The notes beneath the pieces are model-generated. The model had not been told where the DNA came from. It searched no databases and saw only the letters and a list, made by a program, of their open reading frames with translations. Shown here piece after piece: positions 9,187-18,386 of a stretch of 64,000 nucleotides of DNA. Where the stretch lies: positions 1,286 to 65,285 of the forward strand of contig JBDLJX010000002.1 in the NCBI GenBank assembly GCA_039714155.1, read 5' to 3'. The position numbers were made by a program, and so were the translations under genes. This stretch comes from Pseudomonadota bacterium (lineage in GTDB: Bacteria > Pseudomonadota > Gammaproteobacteria > UBA9214). The first letter of the stretch is position 1, and each line of letters opens with the position of its first letter.

Positions 9187-12013
9187 AACTCACCTGCATT
9201 TCCTGTTTGTCAAAACGGGCGGGTGACAGCTTCGCCATGGCGGCAAAACTCTTGTCTACCCAGTGATTGAAATTCCCGTCCCATGACTGCCTGATATTGT
9301 TCTCGTGTATTTCAATGGCCAGTTCCTCAAACGGAATGGCCTGTTCTTCCAGCAGCAGCTCATATTGCTGCAGTTCGGTTGTCGACAATCCTTTCGGGCG
9401 CGGCGAATCCATCAATTCCCTGGCAAAACTGGCGTACAGCTCGCCTATGCTGTAGGAGGCTCTGGCCGAGAATTCAAAAATTCCGTAACCGGCAGATTCT
9501 TCATAACGCTGCATTGCGTTTTTGAGTTTCTCGCTTTTCCTGGGCATCCACTTCTCGAGTGGCATACGCAATTTCACACGCTTAAACTCCCATCTCCAGT
9601 AGTCACCGTATTCAGCATTTGCCCAGGCAGCCAGCCACCGGGAACGATCGGTGCTGCGGCTGCCGGCCTTGCTGTCGCCATCGATAACCCGGCGTAACCA
9701 GTACAGATGCCGGGTCATGTCCTCGGTCTTCTTGTAGAGATGCGCCAGGTGGTAGCGTGCTTCCATCCGATTATCAAACGGTTCCTCGTAGGCATGTGCC
9801 CAGCGTTTGAAGTGATCAATGGCAATGGAGTACTCACCCGCCTTTTCGTACAACCCTGCGGCGATAAACAGGGCATCCCGCCTGGCGTTCTCGTCAGCAT
9901 CGTTGCGATAGATTGTCATGTATTCCCCTGCAGCCATCTTCCACTGCTCGTCCTGTTCGTAGGCATAGGCGATCTTCTGTGCAACAGTCTTGCCGAGTTC
10001 GTGATCGGGAAATTTGCTGCGCAACTCAAGCAGTTCCACCAGCGCCGGTTTCCATTGCTCCAGGGTCATCATGTGCGTTGCTGCATCGTATTGTGCCGCC
10101 ACGCGGGCACTTGACATGGGTGCGATGGTTTTGATTCGCAGAAAATGCTCGATAGCCTGATTCAGATCGTTGGCCTGCAATGCGGCATCACCCTGCTTGT
10201 AGGCGGTTGTAGCCACGCGCTCCAGGACGACCTCGTATTCCTTGTCCCCCCTGGGAATATATTTCAGTTGATTCTGGTATCCGGATTCGGCCTCCGCGTA
10301 ATTACCAAGCTCATACTGACTGTGGGCAATGACGCCATAGGCTGTCTTGTGCAATTTGCTGTCAATATCGCCGGTCCGGGATATCACACTGGTCGCCACC
10401 TCCAGTGCTTTCTCGTAGCGTTTCAGGGCAAACAGCTCTTCAGAGGCCTTGGCCAGAACCGCACCGGAACGCTTATCGCCCCTGTAGGTATTTACAAATT
10501 TCAGCTGGCTGTCCACAGTACGCGCGCGCCACTCGCTGAGTTGCGGTGAATCCTCTCCATGTGCCTTCTGCAGATCCTCTGCGTGCTTGTGGAAAGCGAT
10601 AATTGCGGCATAGCCGGCATCCGCGCCGTACTTGCCTTGCCCGTGGTGGTATGCGGTTTTCTCGTAACCCTCGATCGCAGCCACATAGTCACCGCCGTCG
10701 AACAGGGCTTCTGCCCGCATATAGGTCATCTCCTGGACTTGTGGATCCTCAGGGAAGGTTTCCATGAATTGCCGGTAGTATTCTGCGGCCTTGAGGAAGG
10801 AATCCCTCTCCTTCAGGGCGAGGGTGGCAAGCTTGTCACTATCCGCATCGGAGTCTGGGAGTTGCTTTTTCAGTTTTTGCCCGGTGCCGTGGTAATGACG
10901 CGCCAGCTCGTCAATATACGTCTTCAGATTGGGGATGACCTTCGCCTTTACATCACCTCCCTTGGTTTTCCAGAACTCGCTATGAATGCCGTAGTTCTGC
11001 ACGTAACGCTCTTTCTCCGGCAGGACCTGAGAGGAGAATTCTCCATCGATGTAAGCCCGGATCATCTCCGAGTGCATCTCGGGAGCCCGATCCGAGGTGG
11101 GATTCTGCAGTACAAAGGCACGATAGGAACCGGCCGAGTCCTCGTAACGCTCCTTTTCCAGGAAGTGTTTGCCCAGCCCCGAATACAGCAGCCAGGTGTA
11201 TTTCTTGCTTTGTGGGCGGTCTGCATAGAAATTGTTGATCTTTTCAGAGCCGCCCCCATAGGCAAGGCTCAGACTCATAATGCGCAGGGTGTCGTCGACA
11301 AGTGACCTTTCAACCTTGTCGAGTCGTTCGATCTTGCCGTCCCCGGGAACCAGCCGGTCGAGGACCTCGGAAAACGATGCCAGTCCACCATCGTAGTCTC
11401 CCAGCTTGTAGCGCGACCAGCCGAGCAGGTAATAGGAATTGTTGAGAAAGGCCGACTCCACACCCAGTGTGATTACAGATTGATAGGCAACCACGGCCTT
11501 TTCATATTGCCCGTCGCCGAAATGAATATCGCCCTTGCGGAAATACGCTTCACCAAGATGTGGCGATACCGGATATTGCTCGATAAAGGTATCCAGCGTT
11601 GACAGCGCCAGTATATCCTTGCCGTCGAGGTCATATGCCTTCGCAAGCTGATACAGGGATTCCGCATTGTCCGGATCACCGGGATACTTGCTGATCACCT
11701 CGTTGTAGGACTTGATCGCGGGTGCAAAATAACCGCCTTCCGGCGGATTGACATCAATCAATTGCCTGTAGTCGCCCTCCAGCATGTAGACACCGGCGAT
11801 ACGCCGTTCGATCTGCTCCCTGAGCTCCCTGTCTTCCACTATTTCCAGCAGCGACCGGTAGTCGTCCCTGACGTCCTTGTGACTGACCCTGGGCAGCGGC
11901 ACATCGTCAAGCGGTGCATCATCGGTGTTCAGTTTACCGATGGTCGTATTCTTCGATACAAGACCACACCCGGTGAGGAGCAGCATCGGGACTATCAGCG
12001 CTTTACGCAGCAT
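9167..12013 (-). CDS. large TPR-repeat lipoprotein (~948 aa from MLRKALIV start)
   Basis: Lipobox LLLTGCG. About 20 TPR-like repeats are spread over the whole length (recurrent AxxxY/AxxxF-LG spacing). The ORF is open to 12097; the start was chosen at the Met preceding the signal peptide. Confidence 0.7.
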   Translation of the reverse strand: MLRKALIVPMLLLTGCGLVSKNTTIGKLNTDDAPLDDVPLPRVSHKDVRDDYRSLLEIVEDRELREQIERRIAGVYMLEGDYRQLIDVNPPEGGYFAPAIKSYNEVISKYPGDPDNAESLYQLAKAYDLDGKDILALSTLDTFIEQYPVSPHLGEAYFRKGDIHFGDGQYEKAVVAYQSVITLGVESAFLNNSYYLLGWSRYKLGDYDGGLASFSEVLDRLVPGDGKIERLDKVERSLVDDTLRIMSLSLAYGGGSEKINNFYADRPQSKKYTWLLYSGLGKHFLEKERYEDSAGSYRAFVLQNPTSDRAPEMHSEMIRAYIDGEFSSQVLPEKERYVQNYGIHSEFWKTKGGDVKAKVIPNLKTYIDELARHYHGTGQKLKKQLPDSDADSDKLATLALKERDSFLKAAEYYRQFMETFPEDPQVQEMTYMRAEALFDGGDYVAAIEGYEKTAYHHGQGKYGADAGYAAIIAFHKHAEDLQKAHGEDSPQLSEWRARTVDSQLKFVNTYRGDKRSGAVLAKASEELFALKRYEKALEVATSVISRTGDIDSKLHKTAYGVIAHSQYELGNYAEAESGYQNQLKYIPRGDKEYEVVLERVATTAYKQGDAALQANDLNQAIEHFLRIKTIAPMSSARVAAQYDAATHMMTLEQWKPALVELLELRSKFPDHELGKTVAQKIAYAYEQDEQWKMAAGEYMTIYRNDADENARRDALFIAAGLYEKAGEYSIAIDHFKRWAHAYEEPFDNRMEARYHLAHLYKKTEDMTRHLYWLRRVIDGDSKAGSRSTDRSRWLAAWANAEYGDYWRWEFKRVKLRMPLEKWMPRKSEKLKNAMQRYEESAGYGIFEFSARASYSIGELYASFARELMDSPRPKGLSTTELQQYELLLEEQAIPFEELAIEIHENNIRQSWDGNFNHWVDKSFAAMAKLSPARFDKQEMQVSYGYGIK

Positions 12014-13811
12014 CGCCGTCTCCTTGTGTGGCGTGCTGCTGCTCATCTGACGGTGCGTCCGGGAGTCTGGCATCCGGCTCATCGTCCTGCCCGTCATCGG
12101 CAGGAGCTTCGAGGTCAGCCAGTGATTTATCCAGAATGCGCACTTTCGCCAGGTGTGACTGAACCCGGTAATACTTCAGCCGCTCCTCATGGATACCAAG
12201 TTCCGTATTGACCAGTTCGAGCATCACGCTCTCGACCTTGTCGATGAGCTGGTTGGTCTTCTCAAGCTCTTTTTCAAGGACATCCATATTGCTGTCTACG
12301 AGCGAGGCGTAGTGTTCGGTATTCAGCGACAAGCCGGGGGGCGTCTCAAGCTGCTCCGTCATCAATCCGGCACTGTTGATTTCGAACTGGATGTCATTTA
12401 GCAGCCACTGCACCCGTTCCCGGTCTTCGGGATTCAGTGCGGCCGTCAGTTGTGTCAGTGTGGAATAGTCACTCTGGAAGTCAGCCAGTTGTTCAGAACC
12501 GGTATTGATCTGCTGCGTCCGGTCCCTGCTGCCCAGTGATTTCGAGCGTGCAGTAAGGATGACGTCAAAGTCATCCTGCTTCCGTTTCCAGTTGTTCAGG
12601 TTATTGCGGATTGCATACAGATCACGCAAGTCCTTCAGTACAGACTGAAAGCTGTGGTCCGACATCAGTTCCAGCAGAAACGGGGAAAGTGAATTGATCG
12701 ATACGGACGGCGCTGTACCGAACCAGTCGCTTTCGCCAAGCATCTCATCGAGATTGTGGACGAATAACTCAAGCATATCTGCATCCTTGAGCGCTTCCTT
12801 TGCGCTACCCAGTTGCTCGAGTGCGCTTCCGTAGCGGTTATAGGCACTGATGAAGCCCTCGGCAGCACGGCCCGTCAGGCCAAGCTTTTCATATACGTGT
12901 GGTACCAGCAGCACTGCTTCCTGGACTTCCGGGACTGCCATCGATCGCTGCTGGAGAACTCCGAGCGGGGCAAGCGCCACTCGGTAAGAACCACTGTTGA
13001 CAGATGACCATCCGGACCCCAGCAGCGCACGGTTCGAGAAAACACCGGCCGTGCTGACCTGATTAATATGGTCATAGGCATTGTCATTGTCCTGCCTGTC
13101 TGCGTACAGGTAGGCAATCGCCATATGCGAACGATCCGCCAGCCGGTCCAGCTCACTGGTACCATCAGCATATGAGGCAGCCTTCTCCAGATTGCTGACT
13201 GCGCGCGTGTAGTCTTTCTGTTTGCCGAGCGCCACGCCCAGATTGAAAAAAAGAAAGGGCGCATAGGGACTTTTTTTACTGAAACTACCCGATATCTTCC
13301 AGGCTTCATCAAAATAGCCGAGCTTTATGTTGATCAACGCGGCCAGATACAGGTATTCCTGGTCGATCTCGCGTGGCATGGTTCCGCGAACATTAGACAG
13401 CGTCGCGGCTGCATGCTCGTTATCCCCCCTGAGGTAAAGCATCTTGGCCAGGAAAAACCAAGCCCGGTTCTGTACTTCCTCAGCGGTATTTGCGACGATC
13501 AAACTGTCGAAAATATCCTGCGCCTGCTCGTCAAGGCCATAGGACAGGCTGACACCGCCCTTGAGTAACTCCGGATAATCACCGTGATTCTGGATACCGC
13601 CTCGCTCATACGCGTACTCGTACTCAACGAGGGTTTCAAAATACTTTTGCTGATAGAATTCAAAAAGGATTGCACCGTATTTCAGGTCTTTTACCTCGTG
13701 CCCGATGGCAACCTGGCTACACTCCAGCAGGAATACTGCCGCCAGTAAAGGCGCGGCAACCATCCGGGTGCAACCAGCATAATTACCAGGTAAAAGTGTT
13801 TTCATGTTCAT
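12003..13811 (-). CDS. secreted TPR / coiled-coil protein with acidic C-terminal tail (602 aa)
   Basis: N-terminal signal-like hydrophobic segment and TPR-like repeats in the first ~330 aa. A coiled-coil region follows (LKDLRDLYAIRNNLNNWKRKQDD...) and then a D/E-rich tail. Contiguous with flanking genes. Confidence 0.55.
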   Translation of the reverse strand: MNMKTLLPGNYAGCTRMVAAPLLAAVFLLECSQVAIGHEVKDLKYGAILFEFYQQKYFETLVEYEYAYERGGIQNHGDYPELLKGGVSLSYGLDEQAQDIFDSLIVANTAEEVQNRAWFFLAKMLYLRGDNEHAAATLSNVRGTMPREIDQEYLYLAALINIKLGYFDEAWKISGSFSKKSPYAPFLFFNLGVALGKQKDYTRAVSNLEKAASYADGTSELDRLADRSHMAIAYLYADRQDNDNAYDHINQVSTAGVFSNRALLGSGWSSVNSGSYRVALAPLGVLQQRSMAVPEVQEAVLLVPHVYEKLGLTGRAAEGFISAYNRYGSALEQLGSAKEALKDADMLELFVHNLDEMLGESDWFGTAPSVSINSLSPFLLELMSDHSFQSVLKDLRDLYAIRNNLNNWKRKQDDFDVILTARSKSLGSRDRTQQINTGSEQLADFQSDYSTLTQLTAALNPEDRERVQWLLNDIQFEINSAGLMTEQLETPPGLSLNTEHYASLVDSNMDVLEKELEKTNQLIDKVESVMLELVNTELGIHEERLKYYRVQSHLAKVRILDKSLADLEAPADDGQDDEPDARLPDAPSDEQQHATQGDGDAA

Positions 13812-14447
13812 CTACCACTGCTTGACAGAGTATTCCGGCTGCAGCTTCATCGATGAATCGGAAATATTCAGTTCTACATACTTGGGGCCACTCTCCTTGT
13901 TGATATTCAGTGTGGTGCCGCGTTTATATTCCCTGCCGCTGGGACCCATGCCCGTAAAAAATGCGGACAAGGTGTGTTCGCCTACGCTCAAATTGGCCAT
14001 ATGCAGCTTGTGAATGCCGCCTTTGGACAGTGCCACCAGCTCCTTGCCGGAATAGATATGGCTGGCAACAACCTTTCCGTCAAGCTTGAGCTTGACTGAT
14101 TCCAGCGTAAAAAACTTGCCCACGTCCAGCGACAGGAACACGTTGACCTGGGTGTTGGCAGGAAACAGCAGATCTTCTTCCAGCACGCGCAGGTTCTTGT
14201 TCAATGCGATGACAGACAGCTTCAGTTCCTGAATATCCTTTGACAGGACATTCACGGATTCCTGCGCCTTCACCCTGCCCTGCGTGGCCTCAAGTGTGCG
14301 TTCCCCGTCTGTTGCCGTACCATCGTCCGAAACGACTGCACCGGAAACATCAGCCTCATCGACATCGGCATAAGGACTGGCCGGCATCGTGGACAATGCA
14401 ACAGCCAGGACAGCAAGAACGTTTCGCCGTATTGAATCGAGTTTCAT
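13812..14447 (-). CDS. secreted hypothetical protein (211 aa); first gene of the array
   Basis: Signal peptide (VLAVLAVALSTMPASPYA), a short coiled-coil, then a beta-rich C-terminus. Its stop abuts the start of the 602-aa gene (0 nt gap). Confidence 0.5.
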   Translation of the reverse strand: MKLDSIRRNVLAVLAVALSTMPASPYADVDEADVSGAVVSDDGTATDGERTLEATQGRVKAQESVNVLSKDIQELKLSVIALNKNLRVLEEDLLFPANTQVNVFLSLDVGKFFTLESVKLKLDGKVVASHIYSGKELVALSKGGIHKLHMANLSVGEHTLSAFFTGMGPSGREYKRGTTLNINKESGPKYVELNISDSSMKLQPEYSVKQW

Positions 14448-14449
14448 AA

Positions 14450-14828
14450 AACGCCTCTAACAGATAGTCCGTTTATCATCGCCTGATTACAACAAAACCT
14501 GACATGGAATATGCTTTTCAACAACATGTTCATTTCAATTGTGCGATCAAGCTCACAAATTGAACTGACTTGGTGAATACTGTACCTGCATCACAGTGCA
14601 CTACGTTGGAAGGCAATTAGTATTACATTGCATATCGTTTTCGAAGTGCACGTATACCCTCGGGTCTTTGACTGGAATAAATACTCAAGATAAGTTGTTC
14701 GTTACCGTAATAAAGAGAGAATCCTAAAGCATTAAGACTTGACCGGCGCAAGCGGGATGGCATATGGCAGCGATTGCCTTACCGCGCTCTGCAATTCAAA
14801 TTAACGTGAATAATGTGACAGCTTTAAC
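14450..14828. promoter_or_regulatory. AT-rich divergent intergenic region between the TPR/Ton array (-) and the OM beta-barrel pair (+)
   Basis: A 380-bp stretch of markedly lower GC than the flanks, placed between two divergently transcribed gene sets. No specific operator identified. Confidence 0.4.
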
Positions 14829-15629
14829 ATGATACGACTTTGGATAAGGTGCAATTTGCATGATGTGAGACACATTCTATGTGCATTGCTGTTGCTGGGC
14901 TGCCTGCCATCACAGGCCTTATGTTTTGACCTGTTCAATAATGACAGCCCGGATGTGAATGATTCCGTTTTTCTGGAAGTCACAGAACCATATATTGACA
15001 TGCACACCGGACCGGGCCGTGGTTACCCTGTATTCAACGTAGTCGAACAGGGCGAAACAATCGAGATACTCAAGCGGAAAACCAACTGGTACAAGGTAAG
15101 AAGCGCAGATGAAAAGACCGGTTGGACCAAAGCCTCACAGCTGGCACACACACTCAAGCCCACCGGAGTACCGGTAGACTTGCCGGAAATCACTCATGGT
15201 GATTACCTGAAGTCCAGCTGGCGCGTTGGCTTTGGCGCAGGACAGGTGGAGGGCTCGAACACCTTCAGCATCTCCGCTGGATACCGACCCTTAAGCTGGG
15301 CAGGTGCGGAACTCGAGTGGGGGAAGATTTTCGACAATTCGGTGACCAGCGACTTTTACGGCGCCAACCTCCTTGTGGAGCCTGTGCCGGACTGGATCGT
15401 CACACCATTCTTCACAGCCGGTGCAGGAATGTTTTCGTTTGATAGTCGGCACAAGGTTCTGGTCGATGACACAGGAACCTCCAGATATTTCAGTTTTGGT
15501 GCAGGAGCCAATTACTACATTGGACGCAACATTGTAATGCGGGGTGAATACCGCTGGTATTCGGTATCAACAGACGACGACAGTGTGGGGTTAAATTCAT
15601 GGAGAATCGGTTTAAGCACGTTCTTTTAG
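14829..15629 (+). CDS. outer-membrane beta-barrel protein with N-terminal bacterial SH3 (SH3b) domain
   Basis: Signal peptide, then an SH3_3-like segment (YIDMHTGPGRGYPVFNVVEQGETIEILKRKTNWYKVRSADEKTGWTKASQL). The C-terminal ~170 aa have alternating hydrophobic beta-strands ending ...RIGLSTFF (terminal Phe). Confidence 0.65.
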   Translation: MIRLWIRCNLHDVRHILCALLLLGCLPSQALCFDLFNNDSPDVNDSVFLEVTEPYIDMHTGPGRGYPVFNVVEQGETIEILKRKTNWYKVRSADEKTGWTKASQLAHTLKPTGVPVDLPEITHGDYLKSSWRVGFGAGQVEGSNTFSISAGYRPLSWAGAELEWGKIFDNSVTSDFYGANLLVEPVPDWIVTPFFTAGAGMFSFDSRHKVLVDDTGTSRYFSFGAGANYYIGRNIVMRGEYRWYSVSTDDDSVGLNSWRIGLSTFF

Positions 15630-16318
15630 GGCACAGAGATCGTCCCTGTTTTGCAGCAACTGTTGGCAAGTCACTTGTCATACTATCCCTGTGCTGGACA
15701 GGCCTGACGGTATTCGGGTCTGGTGCAATAGCAGCTGAGGCTGGTGATAAAACCGGAGCTGTTCAGGTTATTACTCCCGAAGTGAAACCCCGCGAGGTGA
15801 CTGAAGCCGATATCGATGACGAATCCTTCGAAATCGGTGTATTTGTCGGAATCATCAATATTGACAATTTCAGCAGCGAGCCATTGTACGGTATCAATGC
15901 GTCGTATTACGCTACCGAAGACTTCTTTCTACAGCTGAATTACGCTGTTTCCAGCGCTGATCTCACATCATTTGAAGAACTGAGCGGTGAAAATGTCCGG
16001 CTGTTGACTGATTCGGAACGCGACTATACGTATTACAACGCCCTGGTTGGCTACAATATCTTTCCAGGCGAGGTGTTCATGACGTCAAAGTTGACCTTCA
16101 ACTCGGCTCTCTATCTGGTGGGTGGCGTGGGTAACACCGATTTCGGTGGTGAAGACAATTTCACCATTACACTGGGAACAGGCTACCGTATTGTCCTGCG
16201 TGACTGGCTGACCTGGCATATCGACTTTCGCGATCATATTTTCAAGTCAGACATCATAAAAGAGGACCAGACCACCCATAATATGGAATTATCTACCGGT
16301 CTGTCGTTGTTTTTCTAG
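15599..16318 (+). CDS. outer-membrane beta-barrel protein (paralogous partner; start uncertain)
   Basis: Signal-like segment LVILSLCWTGLTVFGSGAIAA. Amphipathic beta-strands end ...LSTGLSLFF. It overlaps the upstream barrel gene by ~30 nt; the true start may be an internal or non-ATG codon. Confidence 0.6.
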   Translation: MENRFKHVLLGHRDRPCFAATVGKSLVILSLCWTGLTVFGSGAIAAEAGDKTGAVQVITPEVKPREVTEADIDDESFEIGVFVGIINIDNFSSEPLYGINASYYATEDFFLQLNYAVSSADLTSFEELSGENVRLLTDSERDYTYYNALVGYNIFPGEVFMTSKLTFNSALYLVGGVGNTDFGGEDNFTITLGTGYRIVLRDWLTWHIDFRDHIFKSDIIKEDQTTHNMELSTGLSLFF

Positions 16319-16496
16319 AGGCCAGCCGTTAAAAATCATTCCAAGCGCCAACACCGTGTTGCGGCGTGTAATCCGTAGACCATTTACTGTGTGCAAACTG
16401 CGCTCTTTACCCGGTCCGAGACTGACCATGATTAGCGACCGGCTGTCTACAGACGGGTTTTAATCAATCAAAAGACTATTCCGGCTGGTTTTTTAC

Positions 16497-17156
16497 ATGC
16501 ACATAAAAGAAATTGTGATTTCACCGATCCCTTCTGATCCTGTGGAAGAGCAGCCACGTAACGGCCGGGTATACGGCATTGCTTTAAAGCAACATAACCG
16601 AATCCGGTTATGCAAATGTGCGTTTGAACTCTTTAATCAGCACTTCCTGTCAATCATAATCGATGAAGCATTCCATAGAACCCGGGAATATGAATTGCAT
16701 ATCGGCATACTCGACCCGGAGCCCGTTCGCTCACTGAGAGTCAACTGGGGTCATCTGGCAGCATTTTTCGTTCTTGCTGTGACTGCAGGACTGGCGGGAT
16801 CCACCAATCTTCTCCCGGATTCCGGCATTTGGCCCTCATTGCTGGGGGCGTGTGCAGGATTGTTTTTGATTCTGTGCGTTTACCGTTCCCATGACCACCT
16901 TGTGTTCTACAGCCGGAATGGTCGCATACCCCTGGTAATCTTGTTCAACCGAAACCCGGACCGGGAGACGTTCAGCAGGTTCATTACCGTATTTACCGAA
17001 CACATACGGGAGGCCAGCGCCAATCTCAACCTCGTCAGTGGAAGCGAAAGGTTAAACACTGAACTCAGGGAACATCGGCGCCTTATGGAAGAAGATATCA
17101 TTTCAAGGAAAAGATACGATATTGCAAAATCGCGTATCCTTGACCTGCACCGATGA
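16497..17156 (+). CDS. hypothetical membrane protein (219 aa, 2 predicted TM helices)
   Basis: Lower-GC ORF with two central hydrophobic helices (LAAFFVLAVTAGLAGS; SLLGACAGLFLILCVY). No recognisable family. Confidence 0.4.
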   Translation: MHIKEIVISPIPSDPVEEQPRNGRVYGIALKQHNRIRLCKCAFELFNQHFLSIIIDEAFHRTREYELHIGILDPEPVRSLRVNWGHLAAFFVLAVTAGLAGSTNLLPDSGIWPSLLGACAGLFLILCVYRSHDHLVFYSRNGRIPLVILFNRNPDRETFSRFITVFTEHIREASANLNLVSGSERLNTELREHRRLMEEDIISRKRYDIAKSRILDLHR

Positions 17157-17538
17157 ATCCGCGTACTCCTTTATGCTGGTAAATCAAGAAGGGGATTATT
17201 CGGTCGCCTTTACCTGTGACGCTAATATTGATGACAATGTTAAGGATGCTGATACTGACCCAACTGATGGGACGGTGGAATTGTTGGTGAAACAATGGCC
17301 ACTATCACGGCAGGTATGACAACCATGCATGATTTCCAAATACCAACTCCATAGCTACTGATAAATCATTATCTACTCAGCGGCGGCATTTGTTAACCCA
17401 ATAGGCGCCGTTTTGTTATCGAGAATGGCAACTATCGGTCGAAATCGAGAGATCAACCGAAATTTAGGCGGTTGGGAACAAATTTCTGAAAACGCCTGGT
17501 AGTCGACGGACAAATTACCTCATAGATACGGTTCACTG

Positions 17539-18141
17539 GTGTCCACCATGATGGATATGTTCCCGATCTGGACAGAGAGTCTCGCAACAGGTGCCCAGCT
17601 TTGGGTGGCCGGGCTGTTGATCCTGGTATTACTGCTGATTCTAATGTACCTGTTACGCAATCCCCTGCGCTATTGGCGGGAGGGACGCAGAATCACTCAG
17701 GGGGTAAAACGGCTCGGCGCCCGGATGCTGCGCAATGTAAATTTTCCGGACGGCATGGGCGGTGAAATTAGCATCGATTTTCTGATGCTGTCCACCGATG
17801 CAATACTGGTGATTGGCGTCAGACGCTATGACGGGATGATATTCGGAGGTGCGCAGACTGATGAATGGACCCAGACCATTAACAGCCGCAGCTACAAATT
17901 CCCCAATCCAGATAACTACCTTTTACAGCAAGTCAGCGCCGTCAAAAGTATTGTCCCTGAGACTCCAGTCAAGGGTATGCATCTATTCACCGATAATGCT
18001 TTATTTCCCTGGGACAAGCCGTCCAATGTGCTGCAAGTTAAGGATCTGCGCAGTAGCAGAACCCGTCGTCCCAAGCTGAAAAACATACCCGCGGAACTAC
18101 GTGCGGCGTGGACACAAATCACGCGATCCTTGAACCAATAA
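17539..18141 (+). CDS. NERD (nuclease-related) domain protein, N-terminally membrane-anchored
   Basis: N-terminal TM (LWVAGLLILVLLLILMYLL), then a NERD-like core (GVKRLGARMLRNVNFPDGMGGEISIDFLMLSTDAILVIGVRRYDGMIFGG...DEWTQ). Confidence 0.6.
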   Translation: MSTMMDMFPIWTESLATGAQLWVAGLLILVLLLILMYLLRNPLRYWREGRRITQGVKRLGARMLRNVNFPDGMGGEISIDFLMLSTDAILVIGVRRYDGMIFGGAQTDEWTQTINSRSYKFPNPDNYLLQQVSAVKSIVPETPVKGMHLFTDNALFPWDKPSNVLQVKDLRSSRTRRPKLKNIPAELRAAWTQITRSLNQ

Positions 18142-18220
18142 CCAATAACAAGGGGAAGAATTACTGTAGGCGTCGTGGCACTGGTCCGGGAGTATCGCCG
18201 GAAACAGTAATTACCTTTGT

Positions 18221-18296
18221 TGTCACCTGCCTTTCAAAACAGGTGACATTAATTACAAATAAATAATAACGAGGCTCCTTCGGGAGCCATTTTCGT
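18221..18296. terminator. pair of stem-loops between convergent NERD (+) and GATase (-) genes; the second is a bidirectional rho-independent terminator
   Basis: First stem TGTCACCT(18221-18228)/AGGTGACA(18241-18248). Second stem GGCTCC-TTCG-GGAGCC (18273-18288) has a UUCG tetraloop. It is followed by ATTTTCG on the + strand and preceded by an A/T run that gives a T-tract on the - strand. Confidence 0.55.
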
Positions 18297-18386
18297 GTGG
18301 ACGTAAAGGTCGTGTTTTGGCCGGTTCCGGTCCATTAATGGCATTGTTTTTCTTTGCGCCCTGGCGTCTTTGCGCGGTATCTGTTT

